The translations under genes were made by a program, and so were the position numbers. This document shows, one piece after another, positions 10,830-20,458 of a stretch of 64,000 bases of DNA; position 1 is the stretch's first letter; each line of letters starts with the position of its first letter. The notes under the pieces are model-generated. The model was not told the origin of the DNA, searched no databases, and saw nothing but the letters and a program-made list of their open reading frames with translations. This stretch comes from an uncultured Gammaproteobacteria bacterium (GTDB taxonomy: Bacteria; Pseudomonadota; Gammaproteobacteria; JAURND01). The stretch is taken from assembly GCA_963714975.1 (NCBI GenBank), contig CAVQQD010000001.1, positions 160,001-224,000 on the forward strand, given 5' to 3'.

Positions 10830-11627
10830 ATGCATTCAATGTGGTCTGGATCGCTAGTTTTTGGATTAGTAAATATTCCGGTTAGGCTTTACAGTGCTGC
10901 TGAAGATAAAGCGCTGAATTTAACGATGCTGCATAAAAAAGATAATTCGCCGATTCGTTATGCAAAAATATGCAAAGCAGAGGAACGCGAAATTTCCTAT
11001 CAAGAGGTTGTAAAAGGTTATGAATACGAGAAGGGCGAATATGTGGTTCTAACTGACCAAGATTTTGAAAAAGCAAATATTAAATCTAGCCATGCGATAG
11101 AGATTGTAGAATTTACTAGTGAGTCGGAAATTGATTTGCGCTATTTTGACAAGCCCTATTATCTAGAGCCCGATAAATCCGCAGACAAAGCGTATTCATT
11201 ATTAAGAGAAGCATTAACTAAAGCAACGAAAATCGCCATTGCAAAATTTACCTTACATAATCGAGAACATTTAGGAATTTTGAAGCCAATTGATGACGTG
11301 TTAGTTCTAGAGCGAATACGCTTTGCTTCAGAAGTTCGCTCACCCTCAGAATTGAAGCTCCCCAAAATAAGTCGGAATAACAAGAATGAGCTTGAAATGG
11401 CTTTAACCCTTATTGACCAACTCACCAAGCATTATAAGCCGAGCGAATTTCATGATACTTATGTTGAGGATTTAAAAAAAACCATTAGTATTAAACTACG
11501 CGGCAAAAAGCCTATAGAAAAACGCAAAGCCGTTCCTGAAAAAACTACCTCTGCTAATCTCATGAAGGCGCTTAAAGCTAGCCTAGAAAAATCTAAACCA
11601 ACGAATAAACGCAAAAAAGTGGCTTAA
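10830..11627 (+). CDS. ku: NHEJ Ku protein
   Basis: MHSMWSGSLVFGLVNIPVRLY, YFDKPYYL, basic C-terminal tail; start moved to ATG 10830 after a GGGGG RBS. Confidence 0.95.
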   Translation: MHSMWSGSLVFGLVNIPVRLYSAAEDKALNLTMLHKKDNSPIRYAKICKAEEREISYQEVVKGYEYEKGEYVVLTDQDFEKANIKSSHAIEIVEFTSESEIDLRYFDKPYYLEPDKSADKAYSLLREALTKATKIAIAKFTLHNREHLGILKPIDDVLVLERIRFASEVRSPSELKLPKISRNNKNELEMALTLIDQLTKHYKPSEFHDTYVEDLKKTISIKLRGKKPIEKRKAVPEKTTSANLMKALKASLEKSKPTNKRKKVA

Positions 11628-11644
11628 ATTTCACACCCATTTTC

Positions 11645-11674
11645 CGAAAAAAATACTGTAGCGATGGTTAATAA
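11645..11674. repeat. 30-bp direct repeat (left copy)
   Basis: cgaaaaaaatactgtagcgatggttaataa matches 15306-15335 at 29/30. Confidence 0.85.
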
Positions 11675-11689
11675 TTGATGATATGGCAT

Positions 11690-11926
11690 TTAAACCTCTA
11701 TTTTAAATCCTAAATCAACATCGCAACCAGCTTGGCCTCCACGAATACCCGGGCAAGCAAATCGATGAGATTCATGCACAATAAGACGTACATTTTTATC
11801 ATCTGGTAAAATTTTGAAAGCTTGTATCAAAGCAGCATGGACAACATCCATTAGTTTTATTTCTTGTTCTTTGGTATATAGTTTTCTTACCTCAATGAGT
11901 ACACTTGGCATAATTTTCTCCTCCAA
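11690..11926 (-). pseudogene. Tautomerase-family (4-OT-like) protein, probably 3'-truncated
   Basis: MPSVLIEV start with catalytic Pro-1 position, VH.AL...F.I.P.D; family-like sequence stops after about 55 aa. Confidence 0.6.
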
Positions 11927-11974
11927 TTAAAATATAGTGGTTACAATAAAGTCCTAAGTTATCACGCCGCGACT

Positions 11975-12301
11975 TTAGGTACAAAATGTTCTTTCTAATT
12001 GTCTTTTTTTGCGAATTTTTGTCCATCCCCACCAAGGCTGCTTTTCACCGGTACGTGCTTCATGAATTACAGCGGCAAAGACATCCCACACACAGGGATC
12101 TTGAGTTTGGGCTGTGATTTCTTGTAAGCGTAAGTACAATTCATCAGGACATGCGTGAGCCAATTGCTCGCTGGAGTGAATACCCAGTAATTGTAAGTCG
12201 TTATACGTTGCAGCTCCAACATTCATAAGGCTAAACAGTTCATAAATTATTTTCGATTTATCTTTGGTCATTTCTTTTGGCGATCCATACAGTTGCTTCA
12301 C
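11975..12301 (-). CDS. Helix-hairpin-helix protein (mitomycin-resistance/Cdd1-like)
   Basis: NVG.A...DL..LGI, P.ELY..L, DPCVWDVF, PWW.WT. Confidence 0.8.
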   Translation of the reverse strand: MKQLYGSPKEMTKDKSKIIYELFSLMNVGAATYNDLQLLGIHSSEQLAHACPDELYLRLQEITAQTQDPCVWDVFAAVIHEARTGEKQPWWGWTKIRKKRQLERTFCT

Positions 12302-12668
12302 CGCAGCCAGGATCTCTCACTTTATGTACCAGTATTTCAAAATGACAACTGGACAGTATCTCGGTATATTCAGCAGAAGAAAGTGAAGCGTGATATAAAT
12401 CATGTCCGCCGTTATCACTCCAAACTTCACCGTATTCTTCCCCAGATGTGAATATCAGTAAACCGTTTTTTTCTACCATTGAAGTTAGTAATTTTAAGGT
12501 ACTTCGTTGGTCATCATGCGGTAAATGAAAAAAGCTGTGCCAGGCAATGACCGCATGGAATTTTTCTTGCAAATTTATAGTACGCATGTCAGCAAGCAAC
12601 CATTTTGCATTTGGAAACCGTTGCTTACATAAATCAATTATTTTTTCACTAGCGCTTTGCTGCATCAA
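12258..12668 (-). pseudogene. Class I SAM-dependent methyltransferase, N-terminal part missing
   Basis: DMR, AWHSFFHL, LYHASL present, but no GxGxG motif I; abuts the Rpn stop codon. Confidence 0.75.
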
Positions 12669-12669
12669 T

Positions 12670-13596
12670 TCAGTCCGACATTTCCTTGGAAATCACTCGC
12701 ACAACTTCTTCAGTAAGCCCTGTCGTTTCTGAAATAGCTTCGATAGAGAATGTGCCTTTTTTTAGCATGCGTATGGCAATTGTTCTGACGCCTTCCTCCC
12801 TACCTATCTCCTTACCTATCTCGATAAAGTCTTCTTGTGTTTTTTCCAGTATCGCCGCCTGATCTCTTAACCACATCAGTTGCGCTTCATAAATTTCCCG
12901 CTCTTCCTTGTCCAGCGACATGGTATCTAGCACATGCGCGGCTTTTTCAATGGCAGGGTCGTCTTTGAGTTCGCATGGAACAAAGTTTCGTTCCCATTGT
13001 TCCGCCTTCGTTAAAAAGCTTGCCCAGCGATCAAGTGCGGTTGTCAGGTGGGAGAAATCTTTATCAAATTTTTTAAGCTCAATAAAATGTAATTCTAAAT
13101 CTTCCGAATACCGACTGTGGGTTTTTGTGTTTAATAAGTGATAGATATTATGATAGTCTGGTTCATCAAAATGATTGAAATTTAGGACATTGATGCTGAT
13201 GGTTTTACGTAAGTTGGAGAAACTTTGACCTTCGCTTAATTGCTGACTGTAGACTTTAGACCAGTAATACAGCGCGCGTTGGTCGTAGGCGATTCGGTCA
13301 TTCATCTGCATTTCAACATGATAAAGTTTGCCGGTTTTATCTTTGGCTTTGATGTCGAGGATGGATAATTTGGCGGTGGAATGCGTTTTATGGTTGTAGG
13401 GATTGAGCAATTCAAGCTCGGCAAGCTGGTTTTCCGGTGCGAGTACAGCGTTGATAAACGGCAACAAGATATCTTTATTTTCTTCACTGCCGAACAGCAT
13501 TTTAAAAGCAAAATCGACGCGTGGATTTATTTTTGGCATAAGAGGGTTCACATTATTTATTGATGATGTCATCAAACACACCCTGGGAGCAAGCAA
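12670..13596 (-). CDS. Rpn family recombination-promoting nuclease / PD-(D/E)XK putative transposase (likely start near 13539)
   Basis: NPRVDFAFK.LFG, LDIKA, VEMQ, RALYYWSK.Y, HFIELKKF, C-terminal IA..ML...IS..TGL HTH. Confidence 0.9.
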   Translation of the reverse strand: MLAPRVCLMTSSINNVNPLMPKINPRVDFAFKMLFGSEENKDILLPFINAVLAPENQLAELELLNPYNHKTHSTAKLSILDIKAKDKTGKLYHVEMQMNDRIAYDQRALYYWSKVYSQQLSEGQSFSNLRKTISINVLNFNHFDEPDYHNIYHLLNTKTHSRYSEDLELHFIELKKFDKDFSHLTTALDRWASFLTKAEQWERNFVPCELKDDPAIEKAAHVLDTMSLDKEEREIYEAQLMWLRDQAAILEKTQEDFIEIGKEIGREEGVRTIAIRMLKKGTFSIEAISETTGLTEEVVRVISKEMSD

Positions 13597-13891
13597 AGGC
13601 CATTTTTTCCAGTAAATGCATACACTGATAAAATCCGCTGCAGTGGTAGCAATACATATTCAATTCTTTCTCAGAACATGAATCAAAGAAGTCTTTAATC
13701 TCGTCTATTTTATGGACTAACGACATGAGTAACGCTTCCTCGCCTCCCTGCTTTAAGGCTTCTTTTGCTTCTTCATCTAACCTGGAAATTAATTGTTTTT
13801 GGCTTGTTGTTAACGCCATCTGCGCACTCCTTTGATGCATTAGGATACCACAGGCACGATCAACCGTCATCACGGTAGCGAATTGACTCAT
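13553..13891 (-). CDS. Hypothetical small helical protein (likely start MALTT near 13820)
   Basis: Intact ORF overlapping the Rpn start; ELNMYC..GFY motif; no function assignable. Confidence 0.55.
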   Translation of the reverse strand: MSQFATVMTVDRACGILMHQRSAQMALTTSQKQLISRLDEEAKEALKQGGEEALLMSLVHKIDEIKDFFDSCSEKELNMYCYHCSGFYQCMHLLEKMAFACSQGVFDDIINK

Positions 13892-14294
13892 ATTAAAAGT
13901 TACCGAAATTTTCGGAGGTTACTACAATGGGTCCAGATGAAAAACAGAGCTATTTGGAGACAATTCGTCGCCGCTATAAGAAGTCAGGTTGAACTGCTGC
14001 GAACTCAACTCGTTGTAAACGTAGGCAGTCATATTATAAGTGCTGACAATAACGAATCCCAGGAAATATCGGAAAATAACCTCTGAAAACCTCATATATA
14101 TCAAGTAATTATGTTATTTCCTATGCTCAAAGTTATCGGCAGTATCCAAAATAAAAGAAGCCAGGTTCAAGCACGAACCAGTTATTTTCCAAAGACCATG
14201 GCCATGAGCTCGTGGATCGCCATGAAAAAAATCCACCCGCTTTCTGAGAATTAAATGGACTCCTCCTGGAATGAACTTCCCGTCACAGGAATCA

Positions 14295-15003
14295 TTAGGA
14301 ACCTTTTCCATAGGTTGTGGTAGTGGTGAGTTGATCCGCCGATACAGATTTTGGTTGACCCTGTTCGTTATCAGGTGGCGACAAAAAGCGCTGTTGCGCC
14401 CCGACTAAGGGGGAAGGGGGTCTGGCGAGCAAGCGGGGATACTGAGAACGTAATGCATTCAGCTGACCTTGAGCCCATTTTGATCCCTGTTTGACAGCCA
14501 ACTCAAACCAATAAAGAGCTTTCGCAGGATCTGTCGCTACGCCTAGGCCATCTCGATAGCACCCGCCCAAATCGAATTGCGCTTGCGCATTCCCCTGTTC
14601 CGCAGCGACACGACACCAACGCACCGCTTCCTGTGCATCTTGAGGAACCCCTGTTCCCTCGCTATAGCACCAGCCCAAATAGGACTGCCCCTCGGCTTCC
14701 CCTTTATCAGCTCGCGTTTTGAACCAAGCCAAGTGTTTCGCTACTCTTGTTTCGTAAGCTTTGGCTTGTTTATCGTCTTTAGGAATACCATAACCAGGGT
14801 CACTATAAATACGCCTTAAACGCAGCAAGGCGGGTGGATAATCTAATTCAGCGGCTTGTAATAACCCAGGCAGTGCCTTGGCGTAATTACCTAGAAGATA
14901 GTATTTTTCTCCTTCTCGATATCCAGTAAGAGCCTCTTCTGATTTAGGTAATGGCGGATGCTTTTTTTTTCACCCGGCGGCAGTGCTTTTGTTTTGGCCT
15001 CCC
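14295..15003 (-). pseudogene. Sel1-like repeat protein, 5' end disrupted
   Basis: Sel1 repeats (AQ..LG.CY..G.GV..D...A..W...AA.QG); frame stays open upstream of the ORF call to 14969, shifts at an A9 tract, then runs into a MITE. Confidence 0.75.
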
Positions 15004-15294
15004 AAGAGGCTATCCGATGCACACAATTCGGTCAGCAATTCCGCTGAAGCCTTGCTCCCCGGCGGGTGACAAATTCGTCAGGAACGAATTTGGACGCGCG
15101 AAGCGACCCCAGAGGGGTGAAAACCAAGGACGGTTTTCATAACCCGGAGGCGGGGACCCTTAACAGAAATCCTCCTATCCCCTTTGTAAAAGGGGATAGG
15201 AGGGATTTTGGTGGGGTGCCGCAGCGGCAGGACCCACCGGGGAGCAAGGCTTCAGCGGAATTGCTGACCGATTTGTGTGCATCGGATAGCTCTT
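15004..15294. mobile_element. MITE-like long palindrome, about 63-bp terminal inverted repeats with nested internal hairpins
   Basis: gctatccgatgcacacaattcggtcagcaattccgctgaagccttgctccccgg recurs inverted at 15236-15290. Confidence 0.8.
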
Positions 15295-15305
15295 ACGTGA
15301 ACTCA

Positions 15306-15335
15306 CGAAAAAAATACTGTAGGGATGGTTAATAA
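15306..15335. repeat. 30-bp direct repeat (right copy)
   Basis: Matches 11645-11674 at 29/30. Confidence 0.85.
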
Positions 15336-15440
15336 AATTAAGTTAAACTATAAATAAAAAAATTCTGTGAAGGTACATAAAAATGCGAAGCACTACCTAT
15401 GTCTAGCAATAATTAAAATAATCTATTTGGATCGAAAAAT

Positions 15441-16379
15441 ATGCACTTACCCATCAACATTTCCGATTTGTTATATAGCAATGTTGTTGAATCCGATCGT
15501 ATTGAATTTAAAGCAGACTGGAATCCAGAAGCGATATTGCGCACGATATGTGCTTTCGCTAATGATTTTAATAATTTTGGCGGCGGTTATATTATTATTG
15601 GGGTTGAGGAACAAGACGGCAAACCTGCGCTACCCCCTAAAGGGATTGATCCCAGGAAAGCTGGCTTGATTCAAAAAGAATTAGTGCGAATATGCTCATT
15701 TTTAAAACCTATCTACACACCCATTCTTTCATTAGAAGACTACCAAGGTAAATTGCTGCTAGTTATATGGGTGCCGGGTGGACAAATACGGCCTTATGCT
15801 GCCCCAGCTACTTTGGGAAAGGATAAGGAATATAAATACTACATTCGCAAAGCTTCTTCCACGGTCGTAGTTAAAAATGACGAACTTAAGGAACTGTTAC
15901 AGTTAACAGCCACGGTACCGTTTGATGATCGCATCAACCATCATGTCAAATTAGAAGATTTGAAATTACCCCTGATTCAAGCATTTTTGAAGGAAGTTGG
16001 CAGTCAATTATTAGAAGAATCGCGCACTAAATCCTTAGTAGATATTTGTCGCCAAATGGCTATTGTGAATGGTGGCAATGAATATTTGAAGCCCAAGAAT
16101 GTGGGGTTATTGTTTTTTAATGATGAACCGGACAAATATTTTCCCTATGCGCAAATTGATGTCGTATTATTTTCCCGACGATGAGGGCGGTGATATTATC
16201 CAAGAAAGGATTTTTAAGGGACCATTGGATCATCAATTGCGCAGTGCATTGCGTTATATACGCGATACCTTTATTACTGAAAGAATTTTAAAAATTCCCG
16301 GCCAAGCCGAAGCAAGACGATTTTTTAATTATCCCTATGAAGCAATTGAAGAAGCTTTGGTTAACGCCGTTTATCATCG
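15441..16379 (+). pseudogene. 5' part of an AlbA_2/Schlafen + HATPase (RecG-C-like) + wHTH protein; frameshift near 16168 and RIT insertion
   Basis: ES.RIEFK, ICAFAN...GGYIIIGV (AlbA_2); second frame continues to YPYEAIEEALVNAVYHR. Confidence 0.88.
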
Positions 16380-16403
16380 TTTATGCTAAGCTATGCATAA
16401 TCT

Positions 16404-16460
16404 ATGGTATGTAAAGTAATTCATTATGTAAAGTACGTCAAATAAATTCATATAAATCAA
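16404..16460. repeat. RIT left inverted repeat with two TATGTAAAGTA boxes
   Basis: 56/57 identity to the reverse complement of 19761-19817. Confidence 0.95.
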
Positions 16461-16492
16461 AGATTATATCTTATTTAACTATACATAATATA

Positions 16493-17521
16493 TTAAATAT
16501 TTTTAGTTAACCATTGCAATAAATCTTCTTTGTTCTGTTTTGAATATTTGCTAGTAACGCCTAAAGAAACACTACTTTCTTCAAGAAATTTTCTCTTGAG
16601 TTCCGGGTTAGTTTTAGCATAAATTTCAGTTGTAGTAACAGATGCATGCCCTAAAAAATCTCGAATATATATTAAATTCACTCCTGCTTCGAGCAAATGC
16701 ATGGCTTTACTGTGCCTCATACAATGCGGGGAAACAGTCTTTTTAAAAAGATTAGGTTTCTGTTTTCTACCGATTTCTATATATTTATTTAAAACATAAT
16801 GAACCCCAGCTCTTGTTAAAGGCTTTTGTTGTTTGTTCTTAAACAAATTATCAGTTTGAATTGTAATTGCATTATCGACTATATATTTCTTAATTATATT
16901 AGCAGTGTCGTTACCAATAGGAACAACTCTAGTTTTGTTACCTTTGCCCTGTAAATATACAATTGGTTTTGAATCTAATCTGATTTGTTGTAATTTTAAG
17001 TCAAGAAGTTCTTGTACTCTAGCTCCTGTATCATACAAAATTACAAGCATTGTTAAATCCCGGTATTCTTGTTTTATTTTTTTATTTGGTAGACTAAACA
17101 AAATTTTTATTTCATTTAAGCTTAAATACGATATAGCAGATAAGGGAGTTTTCTTAAATCCAATTGATAATATGCTTGTGCAAAGATTGAAGTAAGCAGG
17201 CTCTCTATGTTGTATGTATTTGAAAAACGAATGAATAGCTCCCAACCTTTGATTTCTAGTAGCTATGGAAATTCGTTTTTCTTTTTCTAACCACAGTAAG
17301 AAATCTTCTATAGATGGTGCCGTAATATCATCAAATGATAATTTGGCACTTTTTATTTTATACTTTGTTTCAAAAAAACTGATAAATTGTACGAATGTAT
17401 CACGATACGATTTTACAGTATTAATAGATGCTCCCAAATTAGATGGCAAATATTCACTAAAAAATTTTGTAATATAGAATCCGAGGTTATTCATTATCAT
17501 GCTCCACTTTTGGAAAAACAC
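16493..17521 (-). CDS. Tyrosine recombinase (RitC-type)
   Basis: YLP...S.NT.KSYRD, TRNQRL.AI.SFF, YDTGARVQE, GKGNK.R, PHCMRHSKAMHLL, LGH...TT.IY. Confidence 0.93.
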   Translation of the reverse strand: MFFQKWSMIMNNLGFYITKFFSEYLPSNLGASINTVKSYRDTFVQFISFFETKYKIKSAKLSFDDITAPSIEDFLLWLEKEKRISIATRNQRLGAIHSFFKYIQHREPAYFNLCTSILSIGFKKTPLSAISYLSLNEIKILFSLPNKKIKQEYRDLTMLVILYDTGARVQELLDLKLQQIRLDSKPIVYLQGKGNKTRVVPIGNDTANIIKKYIVDNAITIQTDNLFKNKQQKPLTRAGVHYVLNKYIEIGRKQKPNLFKKTVSPHCMRHSKAMHLLEAGVNLIYIRDFLGHASVTTTEIYAKTNPELKRKFLEESSVSLGVTSKYSKQNKEDLLQWLTKNI

Positions 17522-18515
17522 CTTGATAAATATTATTTGTTAGAATTCTTACATTATCATAATTTTCTTCAGTAAATCTTAGATAGTACTCTGTTTCAGT
17601 AATATGTTTATGACCTAAGAATTTACTAAGCAAAGGCAATAAAGTATATGTATCATATCCACCAGAAACCATCTTTTCTAATGAGTGAACGGCGAAAGTG
17701 TGCCTTAGGTCATGTATTCTAGGATATTTATGTCTACAATTATTTTTTTTAGGTATTTGTGCTAAAGCTAAAGTTCTATGATACAAAATTTTAAATGTGC
17801 CATATGGAACTTGTGTCCCATTTGTTGTTCTAAAAAAATATTCTGCATTTATAGGGCATGTATAATTTAAATGATATTCTATAAGTTTTTTTCTTAAAGA
17901 ATCAGATGCAACAATTAATCTATTTTCATGGTTTTTGCTGTTAAGTATTTGCATTGCCCCGGTAGTAAAATTTATATTTTGTAATTTTATATTTAGCAAT
18001 TCAGATATTCTCAGACCACAAGTGTATAAAGTAGCAAGCATGATTACAAATGTTGGTGTATCCACATGTGTTAAGTTATCAATTTTATCTGCAACTCTGA
18101 AAATATTTGTAATTTCATCACACGAAAAAATATATGGAACAAAATTTGATTTCCACATTCTATTATTAATAGGTGTAGGCGAAAAAATATTATCATATCC
18201 AATTGATGTTAAATATTTTGCAAGTGTTGTAAATGCCGAACAGCGTTTACCCTGATTTGTATGAGTCTCATTACCTCTTTTAGCTATCCATAAGTCATAC
18301 ATTTCTCGTGTCATTTCTATCTTGTTATAGCCATATTTAGATAAAAAAGTATCAAGTTCTTTAAATCTTAAAACTGTTGGCTTTTGATAATCATATCCTA
18401 AACTTCTTCGATAATTTATGAAGTTTGGTAATATATCTTTGAATGGTCCAATAAATTCTGGAATTTTATACATTTGGCACTTCCAAAGATAAATTCTTAA
18501 GATTTTTTTCATCAA
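17487..18515 (-). CDS. Tyrosine recombinase (RitB-type; likely start near 18473)
   Basis: LYTCGLRISE, PRIHDLRHTFAVH.L, LP.LS.FLGH...TEYYLR. Confidence 0.93.
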   Translation of the reverse strand: MMKKILRIYLWKCQMYKIPEFIGPFKDILPNFINYRRSLGYDYQKPTVLRFKELDTFLSKYGYNKIEMTREMYDLWIAKRGNETHTNQGKRCSAFTTLAKYLTSIGYDNIFSPTPINNRMWKSNFVPYIFSCDEITNIFRVADKIDNLTHVDTPTFVIMLATLYTCGLRISELLNIKLQNINFTTGAMQILNSKNHENRLIVASDSLRKKLIEYHLNYTCPINAEYFFRTTNGTQVPYGTFKILYHRTLALAQIPKKNNCRHKYPRIHDLRHTFAVHSLEKMVSGGYDTYTLLPLLSKFLGHKHITETEYYLRFTEENYDNVRILTNNIYQGVFPKVEHDNE

Positions 18516-19683
18516 TGGTTAAATATATCTCTGTAGCCCTGGTGTTTGCATGACCTAGTACACTCGAAATTGCACTAATCGGCACGTTGTTGCTCATTAA
18601 ATTAGTTGCTAGGCTATGCCTTAATGCGTGCGGTCCATGATGTCTAGTTGAATAGTCAATCTCGGCTTTATCCATGTATTTATTAACGATTCTCTGAAAA
18701 CTACTAATAACCAGCTTATTAAAAGGAGCATATGTTGAGATAAAAACATAGTCTTCATCTGATGACTTAGGACGTCTTTCATTTTTCAGATAATCAATTA
18801 ATGGAATTTTAATATTATCAAGAAAGGGTAAAGTTAATAAGCTATTAGTTTTTAATTGGGTAACATTAATTGTATTATTATTCCAGTCTAAGCTATTAAA
18901 TTTTAGATTAGCTACATCACTCACTCTCAGCCCTAAATATACTAATATTGATAACACCGCTAAATCACGTTTTCCATGTGTAGAGTCTAAATGAATACTA
19001 TCTAAAAGCCTTTGTATTTCTTCCTTTGAAAAATATGATAGTATTTGTGTATCAGGAGCCTTTCTGACAGTTGGAAAAGCTTGCTTTCCTGTAAAGTTAA
19101 TTAATTTTTCAGAATGCAACCACTCAAGAGTTTCTCTTAATACAGTAACGATTACATGCTTTGTAGCACGAGCATATTTATCTAATGAATTTATATATGT
19201 GTGAGCAGTATCTACTTCTATAGTAGTTATATCATTTATTCCAATATTATTTAGATACATGAGAAATTCAGACATTACCCATAATTTTCTCTTTTTACTT
19301 TTTAAAATTATGTTTTTAGAATTAATAAAATCACGAAATTTAAGGTAAAAATCCTTGAATTGTGAGGGTGTATCAATAGTTTTTTCTTTTTGATGCATTT
19401 TACAAAATGTACCAGTCAGATAAAATTCATAAAGAATCAAAACCGGTCTTCGTAAAACTGTTTGCACAGAAGAAGATGGATTATAATAATCAACATCGTA
19501 CTTTTCTCTTAAAAATTCAGCCATTATTGGAACTGTGACTGTTGTAATACATTTTTCTGTACAATATTTTTTAAAATGATTTATTATCCATATAGTGTTA
19601 GATACTACTTCTTTGCTGTATCCATCATTTTTCATCTTTTGTAACAAACCGGTCATTAGGTTTTCAATATTTTTTGTATCCAT
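18466..19683 (-). CDS. Tyrosine recombinase (RitA-type)
   Basis: GKRDLA, LGLRVSDV, HHGPHALRHSLAT, VLGH....T.IY. Confidence 0.93.
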   Translation of the reverse strand: MDTKNIENLMTGLLQKMKNDGYSKEVVSNTIWIINHFKKYCTEKCITTVTVPIMAEFLREKYDVDYYNPSSSVQTVLRRPVLILYEFYLTGTFCKMHQKEKTIDTPSQFKDFYLKFRDFINSKNIILKSKKRKLWVMSEFLMYLNNIGINDITTIEVDTAHTYINSLDKYARATKHVIVTVLRETLEWLHSEKLINFTGKQAFPTVRKAPDTQILSYFSKEEIQRLLDSIHLDSTHGKRDLAVLSILVYLGLRVSDVANLKFNSLDWNNNTINVTQLKTNSLLTLPFLDNIKIPLIDYLKNERRPKSSDEDYVFISTYAPFNKLVISSFQRIVNKYMDKAEIDYSTRHHGPHALRHSLATNLMSNNVPISAISSVLGHANTRATEIYLTIDEKNLKNLSLEVPNV

Positions 19684-19760
19684 AGGACTTCTCCCATTTC
19701 AATTTGAATACATAAATATTATATCATCTTTAATATGCGAAGTTGTAAACGATAGGATCC

Positions 19761-19817
19761 TTGATTTATATGAGTTTATTTGACGTACTTTACATAATGA
19801 ATTACTTTACATACCAT
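19761..19817. repeat. RIT right inverted repeat
   Basis: Reverse complement of 16404-16460. Confidence 0.95.
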
Positions 19818-20441
19818 CGCGGCTATGATATCAGAGAGCCCATAGAGGTACGCATCAACCGACAATGCATCCGTGTTTTAAGCTTCCCAGGAGCTGACCC
19901 ATCTATTCCCCAAAAAGAAGTTGATGCCGGGCGTTTATTGACCCGGCGATATCGTAACCGGCGTATTGGTGAATTTCTAAAAGAACTAGATTTTACGGAA
20001 GGGCGTGGCACTGGTATCCCAAAAATAAGACGTATTCTAACTATCAATGGCTCGCCAGGGCCGCTTTTCATCACAGATGAAGCTCGGACCTCTTTTTATA
20101 CTGAAATCAAGATACATCCTGAGTTTTTAGAAGAACCTCAACTAGAGAAATCAGATGGGGTATATCATGGGGTATATGATCCTAGGGAACTCAATCTATC
20201 ACAAACAGAATTAAAAATTTTAAGCCTGGTTCAGAACGCCCCTATTGGGTTAGCAAATATTTTAGAAACTTTTGGATATAAAGTCATCACAAGAAATATC
20301 AGGACTGCGTTAACTAAGCTATTAAAATTAGAGCTCATTGCTTATACTATTCCTGACAAACCCAGAAGCAACAAGCAACGATATAAAATTACTGCGTTGG
20401 GAAAAACTATAACGACTGAACCAAAGCCAGGAATGCTGTAG
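19815..20441 (+). pseudogene. 3' part of the interrupted AlbA_2-HATPase-wHTH gene
   Basis: HRGYD..PIEVRI, RRYRNRRIGEFLKEL..TEGRGTGIPKI, C-terminal TIPDKPRSNKQRY. Confidence 0.88.
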
Positions 20442-20458
20442 GTTATTTCAAACGAGCT

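Larger units (their letters stand above)
16380..19814 (-). mobile_element. RIT element (Recombinase In Trio)
   Basis: Three overlapping tyrosine recombinase genes, visibly AT-rich, 57-bp inverted repeats at 16404-16460 and 19761-19817, host frame resumes after the element. Confidence 0.93.

Noticed and set aside
13883-14311. Small ORFs of 60-67 aa
   Set aside because: No recognisable motifs; they cannot be supported as genes
14951-15332. Short plus-strand ORFs (also 22953-23204 and 31514-31799)
   Set aside because: They are translations of palindromic repeats with no protein motifs
19761-19814. Start of the 226-aa ORF as an independent gene
   Set aside because: Its first codons are the RIT right inverted repeat; the rest is the 3' half of the interrupted gene
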